Shown here one piece after another: positions 41,154-50,726 of a DNA stretch of 64,000 nucleotides. Positions within the stretch are counted from its first letter, which is position 1. Every line of letters begins with the position of its first letter. Source of the DNA: Candidatus Altimarinota bacterium (lineage in GTDB: Bacteria; Patescibacteriota; Gracilibacteria; CAIRYL01; GCA-016699755). The notes under the pieces are model-generated. The model ran no database searches and was not told the DNA's origin. It worked only from the letters and a program-made list of their open reading frames with translations. The stretch lies in assembly GCA_963664295.1 (NCBI GenBank), contig OY760935.1, forward strand, positions 224,001 through 288,000. The letters are read 5' to 3'. A program made the position numbers and the translations under genes.

Positions 41154-41757
41154 CGTTATCCTGAGCGAGCCTTTAGGCGAAACGAAGGATCTCCCGTTGT
41201 CATTACTGTTGAATTACCTAAGGCAGGATTTGAGCGCATGGACAAGGAGATTGCGGGTCGTAGCCCGCAATGACAGCCCAAAAAGTCCGCAATGACAAAT
41301 ATGATGTCATCCTGAGTTTAATTCAGGATCTCCCGTTGTCATTACTACACAATCACCCATGGCAGGACTTGAGCACATGGACAGGGAGATTGCGGATCAA
41401 GTCCGCAATGACAAATATGATGTCATCCTGAATTTAATTCAGGATCTCCCGCAGTCATTGTTGTTGAATTACTTAAGACAGGACTTGAGCAAATGGACAA
41501 GGAGATTGCGGATCAAGTCCGCAATGACAAGACAGGACTTGAGCAAATGGACAAGGAGATTCTTCGCTCCATTTCATTCCGCTTAGAATGACAGCAAGGG
41601 TGTATTTACGCTCAGAATGACACCTCTTGCCTCCCGAGATTGCGGGTCAAGCCCACAATGATACCCCAAAAAGCCCACAATGACACCTCCCTAAAAAGCC
41701 CGCAATGACAAAATGGATTGCCACGCCCTTCGCCCTTGGCGTTGTCCTCAGAGTGAC
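41154..41757. repeat. Palindromic repeat cluster 5
   Basis: Multiple forward and inverted modules joined by the conserved spacer. Confidence 0.93.
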
Positions 41758-41784
41758 GAATATTCTTAGATATAAAACAACAAT

Positions 41785-42468
41785 TTAATCACCATTTTGT
41801 TTTACCTCTTTGCTGATTTCTTTTTGAAAACTGTAAACGCCTAGTATTAAAAAGGCAAAAACAGCACCAAAAAGAATAAAAAACAAATTAAAAAGAAAAT
41901 TAAGATAAATTTTACCAATTTCAGCATAGGACCCTTTTCCTAAGAGAATTCCAAAAAAACTAACAAAAGGCACAAGAGAAACAGCAATAGCAACACCAAC
42001 AAGATGTCCAACTCCAGTATCTTTTAACCATGAATACACACTAGCAAAGCCAGAAACAAAAGCAGTAATAAAAAACAAATCGTAATAAGAAGCGAATTTT
42101 TCGAAAAAATAATCTGTATTAATTTCAAAGCCTGCAAAAATCAAGGCTTTAATCAATAAAGCAGAGACCAAAATAACAAAAAAAATACTTCCAAAAAGAC
42201 TTTTGCTCGAATAAATCATTAAATCTTTGTTGCGAGCAGAAATGCCCGCCGCAAAAGCAAGAACAGGATTAAGCAAAGGAGCAAGCACCATTGCGGCGAT
42301 CAAAATAGCAGTATCATTTAAAATAATTCCCAAAGTAGCCAATATTGCAGACAATCCACACATTACAAAGAAATTAAGCTTTAATTTTGACTCTTCTATT
42401 AAGTTAGCAATAGCATTTTCCATTGTTTTTGCCTCGTGAAAATGTTTTATGATCCTTTTAATAATCAT
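41785..42468 (-). CDS. DUF389 family membrane protein
   Basis: ILATLG...LIAAMVLAPLLNP and LVGVAIAVSLVP motifs; multi-pass. Confidence 0.8.
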   Translation of the reverse strand: MIIKRIIKHFHEAKTMENAIANLIEESKLKLNFFVMCGLSAILATLGIILNDTAILIAAMVLAPLLNPVLAFAAGISARNKDLMIYSSKSLFGSIFFVILVSALLIKALIFAGFEINTDYFFEKFASYYDLFFITAFVSGFASVYSWLKDTGVGHLVGVAIAVSLVPFVSFFGILLGKGSYAEIGKIYLNFLFNLFFILFGAVFAFLILGVYSFQKEISKEVKQNGD

Positions 42469-42722
42469 TATTTTTTATAAATCATATAATTATAATATAA
42501 AACAGACTTAATCACAAGGTCGTCATGCTTATAAATTTAACAACTTTATTTTTTTCAAAAAAATCAAGTCCGACCCATTCGAGCTTCTTTTTGGCTACAA
42601 AAAAAAATATAAAAATTCTAAATGTTGATTAAAATATATTGCATATATGAAAAACAGATCAGCAAAAGCTTATATTGCAACTTGGCAAAAGTATGCTTTT
42701 GTGTATAATAAATAAGCTAAAA

Positions 42723-44339
42723 ATGAAAAAATTTGAAAAACACCTAAAAAAGGCCTTACCAATAATAAAAAAAGTAATAAAAAATACAGCTTTACCGCTA
42801 TTATTGCTCATTTTTGTATGGTTTTTTTATATCAATAATTCACAAATAAAAATAAATCTAAAAAAAATTGACAATTTAACAGGCTCAGTTAATGCATTAG
42901 TGGAAGAAAATCATCAATTGCGTTTATTTGCCTTTGAGTTATGCACTAGTAGTAATATGCTGGGAGATTATTTGTTTTCAGAAGAATATAATTGCGCGCA
43001 GTTTTTTCCACAAATTGCAGAAGAGCAAGAGGTAAATGTCTCTTTGGAAAGCCAGTTTATATCATTTGTGAACACTTTTTTTGTTCAAGGGCAGGTTGAA
43101 GAACAAGCAGAAAATCCAGAAGAAATAGACGTAGAAACCAACGAAGAAAATGAAGTTTTAATCAATAATATAATTAGCGTAAGCAAAAGTGCTGATTTTT
43201 CCTCTAGCTTAAGCGCAAATCTTGCAGAACAAAGAAAAGCAGATATGCAAGCCATTGTGCAAAATGACAAAATAGCCCTTTATCTTGCTGATTTTGGTCT
43301 TCATCTTGAGCAGGAAAATGAAAACTTACTTAAATTAAAAAAAGAGGAAGAGATTTTAGCTGATATTTATTGGGATCAAGATTCTCTTGATGTAAAAGTT
43401 AATGACCTGACCAGACAGGCAATAATTTCTCTTGGTACTTTTAATTTGGTAAACAAAAAAGCCCAATATATTACAGAAAAATACAGCACATTTGATTTGG
43501 AAGCATTTTTGCAAAGTGTTGATAAGCTTGAAAAACACAATGCTTCTCTGGAGAATTATCTTATCTTAGGTCGTCATGGGGCTAATTTAGATACTATGAT
43601 TTTAGCTTCTGTTGATTTTAAAAAACAAAGAATTACCTTAGTTTCTATTCCTCGTGATTTATGGCTTAATTCACGCAAATTAAATTCATATCATGCTATT
43701 TATGGCATGCCGGTATTTAAACAAAAAATTGAAGAAATTACAGGGCAAAAAATAAAACATTATGTTCTTATTGATATGATGGCTTTTGTTGAGGTTGTTG
43801 ATATTTTGGGCGGTATTGATTATGAGTTTACAGAGCCTTTAATAGATCCATCTTATAGAACAGTGGATAATGGCATTGAAGGCACTCTTTATTTTGCAAA
43901 AGGTGAACATCATTTAAACGGCACTCAAGCCTTAAGAGTTGCAAGAACTCGCCATACTTCTAGTGATTTTGCTAGGGCAGGGAGACAGCAAGAAATATTA
44001 AAAGCAATAAAAAGCAAAATAGACGAAGAGGGGAAAGCAAAGTCTTTTATCAATATGCTTCCGATTTTGATGGAAAAAGTAGAAACAGATTTTGCGCTTC
44101 ATGAGTTAATTCCTTTAGTTATGAAGTCTAAAGATTTTGAGCTTAGAACAGGAAAAGTAATGTCCACTTCAAATATTTTGGTTTCGGAAATGATTGAGGT
44201 GACTCCTGTGACTGTTAGTGTTGAGCCTGTTGCTGAGGGCGAGGAACAGCCTGTTATGAAAGCTTATGCTCTTAAACCTCGTGATGACGATTGGGCATTG
44301 ATTGCTAAGTTTATTTTGAGTGCGATTTATTCTGACTAG
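42723..44339 (+). CDS. LCP (LytR-CpsA-Psr) family protein with long N-terminal extracellular region
   Basis: N-terminal TM; LDTMIL, SIPRDLW, VDILGGI, LNGTQALRVARTRH, SDFARAGRQQ; start probably ATG 42723. Confidence 0.88.
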   Translation: MKKFEKHLKKALPIIKKVIKNTALPLLLLIFVWFFYINNSQIKINLKKIDNLTGSVNALVEENHQLRLFAFELCTSSNMLGDYLFSEEYNCAQFFPQIAEEQEVNVSLESQFISFVNTFFVQGQVEEQAENPEEIDVETNEENEVLINNIISVSKSADFSSSLSANLAEQRKADMQAIVQNDKIALYLADFGLHLEQENENLLKLKKEEEILADIYWDQDSLDVKVNDLTRQAIISLGTFNLVNKKAQYITEKYSTFDLEAFLQSVDKLEKHNASLENYLILGRHGANLDTMILASVDFKKQRITLVSIPRDLWLNSRKLNSYHAIYGMPVFKQKIEEITGQKIKHYVLIDMMAFVEVVDILGGIDYEFTEPLIDPSYRTVDNGIEGTLYFAKGEHHLNGTQALRVARTRHTSSDFARAGRQQEILKAIKSKIDEEGKAKSFINMLPILMEKVETDFALHELIPLVMKSKDFELRTGKVMSTSNILVSEMIEVTPVTVSVEPVAEGEEQPVMKAYALKPRDDDWALIAKFILSAIYSD

Positions 44340-44365
44340 GTATAGGTAGTTGGTAAGAAATAGTG

Positions 44366-45590
44366 TGTCATCCTGAGCGAGCCTGTGCTCTGTCATCCTG
44401 AGCGAGCCTTTAGGCGAAGCGAAGGATCTCCCGTTGTCATTACTGCACAATTACCTAAGGCAGGATTTGAGCACATGGACAAGGAGATTCTTCACTCCAT
44501 TTCACTCCGCTCAGAATGACAGCAAGGGTGTGTTTTTCGCTCAGAATGACACCTCTCGAGATTGCGGGTCAAGCCCGCAATGACAATCCAAAAAGTCCGC
44601 AATGACACCTCTCGAGATTGCGGGTCAAGCCCGCAATGACAATCCAAAAAGTCCGCAATGACATGATTCTCTGGATTATCGGATCAAGTCCGATAATGAC
44701 AAAAAAAGAGGCAGGTTCCTCGCAATGACAAATATGATGTCATCCTGAGTGAGCCTTTAGGCGAAGCGAAGGATCTCCCGTTGTCATTACTGCACAATTA
44801 CCTAAGGCAGGATTTGAGCAAATGGACAAGGAGATTGCGGGTCAAGCCCGCAATGACAATCCAAAAAGTCCGCAATGACATGATTCTCTGGATTATCGGA
44901 TCAAGTCCGATAATGACAAAAAAAGAGGCAGGTTCCTCGCAATGACAAATATGATGTCATCCTGAGTGAGCCTTTAGGCGAAGCGAAGGATCTCCCGTTG
45001 TCATTACTGCACAATTACCTAAGGCAGGATTTGAGCAAATGGACAAGGAGATTGCGGGTCAAGCCCGCAATGACAATCCAAAAAGTCCGCAATGACATGA
45101 TTCTCTGGATTATCGGATCAAGTCCGATAATGACAAAAAAAGAGGCAGGTTCCTCGCAATGACAAATATGATGTCATCCTGAGTGAGCCTTTAGGCGAAG
45201 CGAAGGATCTCCCGTTGTCATTACTGCACAATTACCTAAGGCAGGATTTGAGCAAATGGACAAGGAGATTGCGGGTCAAGCCCGCAATGACAATCCAAAA
45301 AGTCCGCAATGACATGATTCTCTGGATTATCGGATCAAGTCCGATAATGACAAAAAAAGAGGCAGGTTCCTCGCAATGACAAATATGATGTCATCCTGAG
45401 CGAGCCTTTAGGCGAAGCGAAGGATCTCCCGTAGTCATTACTGCACAATTACCTAAGGCAGGATTTGAGCAAATGGACAAGGAGATTCTTCGCTCCATTT
45501 CACTCCGCTCAGAATGACAGCAAGGCTGTTTTTTCTGCTCAGAATGACACCTCCTGCCTCCCGAGATTGCGGGTCAAGCCCGCAATGATA
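44366..45590. repeat. Palindromic repeat cluster 6 with 217-bp tandem unit
   Basis: ATCTCCCG at 44773, 44990, 45207, 45424; units essentially identical. Confidence 0.95.
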
Positions 45591-45676
45591 ACCTTAGCGT
45601 AAAGCCTTTTTCTCTGTACAAAAAATTTGTTCATAAATCCATAAAACAATATGAAGACCTGATTTTTATAAATTAA

Positions 45677-45728
45677 CTCTTGACAAATATAAAAAAAGAT
45701 GTATAATAAATCAACCTGTTCTTTAACA
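45677..45728 (+). promoter_or_regulatory. Sigma70 promoter plus boxA-like element (cassette 2)
   Basis: TTGACA (45680) - 16 bp - TATAAT (45702); TGTTCTTTAACA at 45717-45728. Confidence 0.8.
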
Positions 45729-45731
45729 ATT

Positions 45732-45829
45732 CGTTTAAACAAAGAGTGGATTGCCTGCTTTCAAAAAAAACACCACGCTCTAGCGTGAGTGCTTTCACGC
45801 AAAGTAAGCAATCCATCTCTTTGCAAACG
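45732..45829 (+). ncRNA. Structured 5' leader (cassette 2)
   Basis: CAAAGAG-TGGATTGC-CTGCTTT pairs with AAAGTAA-GCAATCCA-T-CTCTTTG; inner CACGC/GCGTG hairpin. Confidence 0.55.
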
Positions 45830-45990
45830 CGGTTTTCATTTTTTTACTAACTGGATTTAGTCAGCTTTCCCGCCATTATTCTGCGTTTTTTTCCTCGTTG
45901 TATTTTACCCATTTCCCCATTGACGGAACCACACATTAACTTAGATTGCACGACCCACAGAGGCGTGCGCATCCAAAAAGGAGATTTACC

Positions 45991-47001
45991 ATGAGCAAAT
46001 TCACCAAGTTTTTCGTTTTTATCGTTTTGTTGCTTGCTACATGCAACCTTGCGCAAGCGCACTTTCCCTACAAAAGGTTCGATGGCTTTAGGCTTCAAGC
46101 CTTTGGTTATTGGGAGGCCCGGAAAATCCCTAAAAGGATTGAAAGGCTGTCGCTGGTGTCCTTGGCGGACAGGCCCGCCATAGAAATGACTTTTCTGTCA
46201 TTTCATGACAAAGTGGCCATGTTGGCATATGACCCAAACGCCAACCTTTCCACAAAGAACGCAAGGGCGTTGGCCTCTTTCCATGGCCACACATTAACCC
46301 TTGATTTGCATGATCCGGCAACTGAGGTTGCTAGGAAAATTGCGAAGTTCAAGGGCGATTGTTTGGAGTTGGACTTTTATGACAACCCGAGCGTTGAGGC
46401 TGCCAAGGCATTCGCAACTTTTAAGGGCGAGATGTTGGAGGCGAAGTTTAGGGAGAAGCCGACCATTGAGGTTCTTAAGGCACTGTTCAGCTTTGGCGGC
46501 AAGACGCTGAAAGTTAGGATCCCTAATAATCTGCAGTCTGACATTGCATCTGCCATTGCTGCTTTTGGCGGCAATGAGCTGAAGGTTGTCTGCGGTAAAC
46601 TGACCGTTGAGGCCCTTAAGGCGTTGTCCGGCTTTGGCGGCAGTTCACTTTCTGTCACGGAGCACAGTGCGGAGCATCAGCTTACAGCCCTGCACGGAGA
46701 AGAGATTGCTGCTTTCAATGGCGATCATCTGAAGCTCAGGTTGCGCAAACAGCCTGACGAAGACTTTTTTAAGGCTTTGACCAAGAGTTTTTGCGGGCTT
46801 ACAATTGACGCCGAAATCTTGGATTGTAATCGGCCGATTGACCTCAATAACTTTGTTGTCAACGGAGGACCAGCAGTGAGTCTCAAGCTTTATCAGACCA
46901 CTGAGGAGCCTTTGGAAATCATTCCGCCGACAGAATTGTATGATAGGAATAAAATTTCAGTTACGATCAACTACGCCTACCAGGGCGTTCCGTTTCCGTA
47001 G
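45991..47001 (+). CDS. Secreted LRR-like repeat protein, GC-rich gene (cassette 2)
   Basis: AAGGAG RBS then ATG 45991; signal peptide ending AQA; about nine 23-27 aa repeats (A/L)xxFxGxxLxL. Confidence 0.8.
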   Translation: MSKFTKFFVFIVLLLATCNLAQAHFPYKRFDGFRLQAFGYWEARKIPKRIERLSLVSLADRPAIEMTFLSFHDKVAMLAYDPNANLSTKNARALASFHGHTLTLDLHDPATEVARKIAKFKGDCLELDFYDNPSVEAAKAFATFKGEMLEAKFREKPTIEVLKALFSFGGKTLKVRIPNNLQSDIASAIAAFGGNELKVVCGKLTVEALKALSGFGGSSLSVTEHSAEHQLTALHGEEIAAFNGDHLKLRLRKQPDEDFFKALTKSFCGLTIDAEILDCNRPIDLNNFVVNGGPAVSLKLYQTTEEPLEIIPPTELYDRNKISVTINYAYQGVPFP

Positions 47002-47030
47002 GTATACATTTGCAAAGAGATGGAATTACG

Positions 47031-47066
47031 GCACGGGGCGGTTTATCCGCCCCTGCTAGTTTTTTT
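47031..47066 (+). terminator. Intrinsic terminator
   Basis: GGGGCGG-TTTAT-CCGCCCC stem followed by T-tract. Confidence 0.85.
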
Positions 47067-47074
47067 ATTGTGTT

Positions 47075-48412
47075 TTAATAAATTCCCAAATACTCATCAA
47101 CTTCCCAATCTGAAACATGCAAACGATATTTGTCTGCTTCGGCTTGTTTGGCTTGTAAATATTTTGCATGAGTTTGTTCACCAAAAACATCCAGAGCTAT
47201 TTTGCTACCTTCAAATTTTTTCAAAGCCTCTGGCAAAGAATCAGGCAAGGTGCGCACACGCATTCTTTGAGCTTTTTTATCTGTAAATTCATAAATATTT
47301 TCTTCAATAGACTCAGGTGGAGTCATTTTTTTCTCTATACCATCAAGTCCAATTGCAAGCATGGTTGCAAAAGCAAGATAAGGATTAGAAGAAGAATCAG
47401 GACAGCGAAGTTCGCAACGAGTGGCCTGAGATTGACCTTTTAAGAAAATAGGCACACGAATAAGTGCAGAGCGATTTGTTTGTCCCCAAGCTACATAAAC
47501 AGGCGCTTCATATCCTGGCACCAATCTTTTATATGAATTTATTAGAGGATTTGTCACAGCTACAATTTCATGAATATTGCTCAATTGACCAGCAATAAAT
47601 TGTAGTGCTGTTTTTGATAATTTATATTTTGTATTTTTTTCATCATAAAAAGCATTTTTATTATTTTTAAATAAAGATTGATGGACATGCATGCCAGAGC
47701 CATTAATTCCTGCAATTGGCTTAGGCATAAAAGTTGCATGCAAGCCCCATTGACGAGCAACAGCCTTGAGAGCGGTTTTAACAGTAATCACAGCATCGGC
47801 TTGAGTAATTGCATCAGAATATTTAAAAGCAATTTCATGTTGAGATTCAGCTACTTCATGGTGAATAGATTCAACATCAATGCCCATCTGAGAAACAACT
47901 TCGCTCATTGCTTGGCGAATTGGTCCTGCTTTATCCATTGCGTAATCAAAATAACTAGCACGATCATGGGTAATTAAAGCTGGAGCACCATCTTCGTCGG
48001 TTTTAAAAAGAAAAAATTCTAACTCAGGTCCAACAAAATAATTATCAAAGCCCATTTTTTGTGCTCTTTTTATTTGTTTTTTGAGAATTTGCCGAGGATC
48101 GCCATCAAAAGGATTGCCATCTGGCAGAAAAACATCACAAATAATGCGAGCAACAGCAGAGTCGCCATTGCTTTCCCAAGGAACAAGAGCAAATGTGTCT
48201 AAATCTGGTTTAAGATACATATCAGACTCATAAATACGAGCAAAACCTTCAATAGAAGAGCCATCAAACCAGATGTTGTTTTCAAGAGATTCTTTAAGCT
48301 TGCTAACAGGCGTTGTCACGCTTTTGACTGTTCCTAAAAGATCACAAAATTGGAAATTAACAAAGCGAACATTGTGTTCTTTACAGAATTTTAAAATTTG
48401 CTCTTTGGTCAT
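47075..48412 (-). CDS. glnA: Glutamine synthetase type I (alpha)
   Basis: FDGSSIEGF, GPELEFF, HHEVA, ATFMPKP, NGSGMHVHQS, RLVPGYEAP, ELRCPD. Confidence 0.97.
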   Translation of the reverse strand: MTKEQILKFCKEHNVRFVNFQFCDLLGTVKSVTTPVSKLKESLENNIWFDGSSIEGFARIYESDMYLKPDLDTFALVPWESNGDSAVARIICDVFLPDGNPFDGDPRQILKKQIKRAQKMGFDNYFVGPELEFFLFKTDEDGAPALITHDRASYFDYAMDKAGPIRQAMSEVVSQMGIDVESIHHEVAESQHEIAFKYSDAITQADAVITVKTALKAVARQWGLHATFMPKPIAGINGSGMHVHQSLFKNNKNAFYDEKNTKYKLSKTALQFIAGQLSNIHEIVAVTNPLINSYKRLVPGYEAPVYVAWGQTNRSALIRVPIFLKGQSQATRCELRCPDSSSNPYLAFATMLAIGLDGIEKKMTPPESIEENIYEFTDKKAQRMRVRTLPDSLPEALKKFEGSKIALDVFGEQTHAKYLQAKQAEADKYRLHVSDWEVDEYLGIY

Positions 48413-48575
48413 TTTGTACAGAAAAATTGTAAATTATGTACGAAATTTATGCTCATTTCATACATAAATCAAGTACATTTTGTACATTTTTTATGTACAT
48501 TTTGTGCAAATAGTTTAAAAATTATATTTTTTAAAAACTCTTTTCAAAAAAATAAATTGCAGGCACAATATCTCC

Positions 48576-49865
48576 ATGAAAAAAATTGCATTAGTTGTTT
48601 TTCCGGGAATGAATTGCGAGGTGGAAAGCTATCGCACGCTCAAGAGAGCTGGTTTTGCTCCACAAATTATTCTTTGGAATGAAGATAAAAGTATTTTGAG
48701 AAATTTTGACGGAATTATGCTTCCCGGCGGATTTTCTTTTGAAGATCGTGGTCGCAGTGGGGTTGTTTCTGCAAAAGAGCCTATTTTAGAGGGAGTTAGA
48801 GAGCTTGCAGAAGCTGGCAAGCCTGTTCTTGGTGTTTGTAATGGAGCACAAGTATTGGTTGAAGCCGGACTTGCTCCTGGTTTTAAAACAGAAACAGAAA
48901 TGGCTTTAGCTCGCAACAAAAGAATATCTGAAGAAGGCGAGATATTAGGCACTGGTTTTTATCATACTTGGGTTTACATGAAGTCAATTGCTCCAAAAGG
49001 CAGATGTGCATTTAATAATTTTGAACAGGATTTAATTTTTCATGTACCAATAGCACACGGAGAAGGCAGATTTACAGGTAGCAAAGAATACATTGAAGCA
49101 ATTGAAGAAAATCAAATGAATGTGTTTACATATTGCGATCAAGAGGGAAATGTGATTGAAAATTTTCCAATAAATCCAAATGGTAGTGCAATGAATATAG
49201 CAGGATTGTGCAATACAAACGGCAATGTGCTTGCTCTTATGCCTCATCCAGAGCGAACTTTCACTTCTGATGCAATCTTTAATTCCATGCACAAATGGTT
49301 TGAAGGCGAAAAAAACATCCCAAGCATCAAAATACCTGAAGAAAAAGAGCAAAAACCAGCAGAAACACCAGATAATCAAATTGAATTTTTTGTAAACTTA
49401 AAAATTACAGACAACACAGAAAAAACAATTGAAAAAGCCTTACAAAAGCTTATTAACGATCAATCTGTAGAGCTTTCTCGTTGGCAATATTGGGGCATAA
49501 AAACAAAAAGTGACAATTTAGTTAATTTAGCAGAAGAGCTAATAAAATCAGGAGAAATATTTAATGAAAACAAAGAAAATGCCTTAGTTAAAATAGGCAC
49601 AGATTTTTATTCTTATCAAAACGGAGAATTAAAAATATCAGCAGAAAAATTGCCAGAAAATAGCTATTTAGCAAGAGAAAATGAAGATTTTATCGGTCAG
49701 GCAAAATTTGAAAAAATCAATCATCATTTAGAAGAAAAAAATATTACCAATATAGAAAGTGGCATACTTTGGGCAATAAAAGCAGAAAAAAATTATTCTC
49801 TTGAAGATTTGCAAAAAACTTATATTTTTCAAAATCCAGTAGCAGGCAGTTTGATCCAAGTTTAA
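48576..49865 (+). CDS. purQ: FGAM synthase glutaminase PurQ with C-terminal PurS-like extension
   Basis: VFPGMNCE, PGGFSFED, LGVCNGAQVL, PIAHGEG, NPNGS, LMPHPER; about 175 extra C-terminal aa. Confidence 0.9.
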   Translation: MKKIALVVFPGMNCEVESYRTLKRAGFAPQIILWNEDKSILRNFDGIMLPGGFSFEDRGRSGVVSAKEPILEGVRELAEAGKPVLGVCNGAQVLVEAGLAPGFKTETEMALARNKRISEEGEILGTGFYHTWVYMKSIAPKGRCAFNNFEQDLIFHVPIAHGEGRFTGSKEYIEAIEENQMNVFTYCDQEGNVIENFPINPNGSAMNIAGLCNTNGNVLALMPHPERTFTSDAIFNSMHKWFEGEKNIPSIKIPEEKEQKPAETPDNQIEFFVNLKITDNTEKTIEKALQKLINDQSVELSRWQYWGIKTKSDNLVNLAEELIKSGEIFNENKENALVKIGTDFYSYQNGELKISAEKLPENSYLARENEDFIGQAKFEKINHHLEEKNITNIESGILWAIKAEKNYSLEDLQKTYIFQNPVAGSLIQV

Positions 49866-50324
49866 ATGAAAAAATTTTATTTACTTTTACCAAATATAAG
49901 AAGCGGATTTAATGTCGGTGCTTTTTTTCGCACAGCCGACGCACTGGGAGTAGATAAAATTTTTTTAGCAGGTTATACACCCTATCCACCACATACAGAA
50001 ATAGCAAAAACAGCACTAGGTGCAGAGGATTTTGTTGATTGGCAATATTTTTTAGATCCATTTGAGCTTGTAAAAAAACTAAAAAAACAAGGAGTGGAAA
50101 TAATAGCACTAGAAAACACTAAAACAGCAAAATTACTCACAAAATATAAACCAAAAAAAGAAAAAGTTTGCCTTGTAGTAGGCAATGAGGTCGAAGGAAT
50201 AAGTGAAGAAATTTTAGAATTAGCAGACACAACACTTAAAATAGAAATGAAAGGAAAAAAAGAGTCATTAAATGTCTCAATAGCTGGAGGGATAGCCATT
50301 TCTGAAATTAGTAAGAATTTTTGA
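49866..50324 (+). CDS. SpoU/TrmH family RNA methyltransferase
   Basis: NIRSGFNVGAFFRTADALG, VGNEVEGI, ESLNVSIA. Confidence 0.9.
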   Translation: MKKFYLLLPNIRSGFNVGAFFRTADALGVDKIFLAGYTPYPPHTEIAKTALGAEDFVDWQYFLDPFELVKKLKKQGVEIIALENTKTAKLLTKYKPKKEKVCLVVGNEVEGISEEILELADTTLKIEMKGKKESLNVSIAGGIAISEISKNF

Positions 50325-50425
50325 TTAAAAATCTTGATTAAAAATAAGTTTTCATAGAAAATATAGTTCGTGATTTTAATGATTTTGATTAGCCGTTGCA
50401 CCTAATCAGAAAGAAAACAAAGTGC

Positions 50426-50726
50426 AACAGACCACGGAGAGATGGCAGAGTGGTCGCCAATATAAACAGAGGGCTTGAAAACTAGTAAAAAAATTGGATA
50501 AAAAATTACCTAATTTTATCATAAATGTATCGTTGCATACGCAATGATACAAATAACACAAACAGACCACGGAGAGATGGCAGAGTGGTCGCCAATATAA
50601 ACAGAGGGCTTGAAAACTAGTAAAAAAATTGGATAAAAAATTACCTAATTTTATCATAAATGTATCGTTGCATACGCAATGATACAAATAACACAAACAG
50701 ACCACGGAGAGATGGCAGAGTGGTCG
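50426..50726 (+). repeat. 135-bp tandem duplication containing the 5' end of tRNA-Ser
   Basis: AACAGACCACGGAGAGATGGCAGAGTGGTCG at 50426, 50561, 50696 with identical 104-bp spacers. Confidence 0.95.

Noticed and set aside
44366-45590. CRISPR array interpretation of the repeat clusters
   Set aside because: Spacers are conserved rather than unique, modules occur in both orientations, and no cas genes are present
45732-45829. 6S RNA or SRP RNA identity for the leader structure
   Set aside because: Too short for typical 6S and lacks the SRP helix-8 motif; kept as an unassigned structure
50426-50726. Mini-CRISPR interpretation of the 31-bp repeats
   Set aside because: The two spacers are identical and 104 bp long, and the repeat is tRNA sequence
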